DNA of 14,368 nucleotides from a virus: UHGV virus genome UHGV-0068104; one strand, 5' to 3'. Shown piece by piece: positions 13,602 to 14,368 of this stretch (position 1 is its first letter; each line of letters starts with the position of its first letter). The notes under the pieces were generated by a model. It saw only the letters and a program-made list of their open reading frames with translations, ran no database searches and was not told where the DNA came from. The position numbers and the translations under genes were made by a program.

Positions 13602-14318
13602 ATGTCTGCTTTGTATGAACGCTCACAGCTGACGCAGGTGATGATTTCATCTGCCCCGGCGACTGCTGAAACTATGGATAAGGCGGAATATCTGCGCCTG
13701 GACTGCACCATCAAGGAAGTCCAGTTCACCGCCGGTCAGAAACAGGATATTGATGTGACCACGCTCTGCTCCACAGAGCAGGAGAACATCAACGGTCTGG
13801 GGGCGTCGTCCGAGATTTCCATGTCGGGTAATTTTTATCTGAATCAGGCCCAGAACGCCCTGCGTGATGCCTATGACAATGACACGGTGTATGCGTTTAA
13901 GGTGCAGTTTCCGTCCGGTAAGGGCTTTAAGTTCCTGGCGGAAGTGCGTCAGCACACCTGGTCATCCGGTACCAACGGCGTGGTGGCTGCAACGTTTTCA
14001 CTGCGCCTGAAAGGCAAACCGATGTTCTATGTGGTACCGCTGGCGTTTGTGAAAAATCTGGAGAAGACACTTGCCGTGAATACCGGTGCGCTGCTGACAA
14101 TGTCAGTCAGTGTCAACGGGGGAACGCCGCCGTATAAATACGCCTGGAAGAAGGATGGTCAGCCGGTTGACGGGCAGACGACAGACACCTTCAGTAAGCC
14201 AGGTGCGCAGTCCGCTGATGCGGGGAAATATACCTGCGTGGTGACCGATTCGGCAGAGAGGGCACAGAGTGTGACGTCTGTTGAATGCACCGTGACAGTG
14301 AGCGCAGCCGCCGGATAA
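13602..14318 (+). CDS. Major tail protein with C-terminal Ig-like domain
   Basis: 238-aa ORF with AGGAGG RBS; N-terminal ~150 aa tail-tube-like; C-terminal ~80 aa has Ig-like signature (PPYKYAWKKDGQPVDG...AGKYTCVVTD) as seen on lambda gpV-type tail proteins. Confidence 0.8.
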   Translation: MSALYERSQLTQVMISSAPATAETMDKAEYLRLDCTIKEVQFTAGQKQDIDVTTLCSTEQENINGLGASSEISMSGNFYLNQAQNALRDAYDNDTVYAFKVQFPSGKGFKFLAEVRQHTWSSGTNGVVAATFSLRLKGKPMFYVVPLAFVKNLEKTLAVNTGALLTMSVSVNGGTPPYKYAWKKDGQPVDGQTTDTFSKPGAQSADAGKYTCVVTDSAERAQSVTSVECTVTVSAAAG

Positions 14319-14332
14319 GGGGATGGGTCATC

Positions 14333-14368
14333 ATGAAAAAGGATCTGAAAACGCTGGCGCTGGCCAGA
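14333..14368 (+). CDS. Start of next tail gene (likely tail assembly chaperone), truncated by window end
   Basis: ATG at 14333 shortly after major tail stop; only 12 codons (MKKDLKTLALAR) visible, so product assignment is by position only. Confidence 0.3.
   Translation, partial: MKKDLKTLALAR

Noticed and set aside
1-14368. CRISPR arrays, insertion sequences, integrase or att sites
   Set aside because: No short direct-repeat/spacer arrays, no transposase-like ORFs or terminal inverted repeats, and no integrase seen; the window appears to lie wholly inside the prophage.

Overview
This window is the late region of a mosaic lambdoid prophage of enterobacterial type, almost entirely on the + strand. 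Order: end of the nin region (rusA 3' part, ninH-like), a phage-21-type Q antiterminator, a PR-prime/tR-prime-like leader, a lambda-type lysis cassette (S with the dual Met-Lys-Met start, R, Rz with embedded Rz1), a moron island (KilA-N protein, ORF-poor stretch, TonB C-terminal-domain lipoprotein with its own promoter and operator-like palindrome, minus-strand DUF3950/RHH-like gene), then an HK97-style packaging and head module (HNH endonuclease, cos-like repeat region, TerS, TerL, prohead protease fused to major capsid protein, portal, a repeat-containing 299-aa protein, connector, head closure, gp10-like, tail completion, major tail protein with C-terminal Ig-like domain). No tRNA, rRNA, CRISPR array or transposase was found. 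The strongest candidate for something undescribed is the TonB-CTD lipoprotein moron at 4013-4345, a possible periplasmic TonB decoy for superinfection exclusion. Other points worth a second look are the palindromic ATGTTAAC repeat array upstream of TerS, the protease-capsid fusion with an internal in-frame start, and a 162-bp tandem duplication whose copies differ only at synonymous sites. All protein calls rest on motif recognition from memory, not on database searches.
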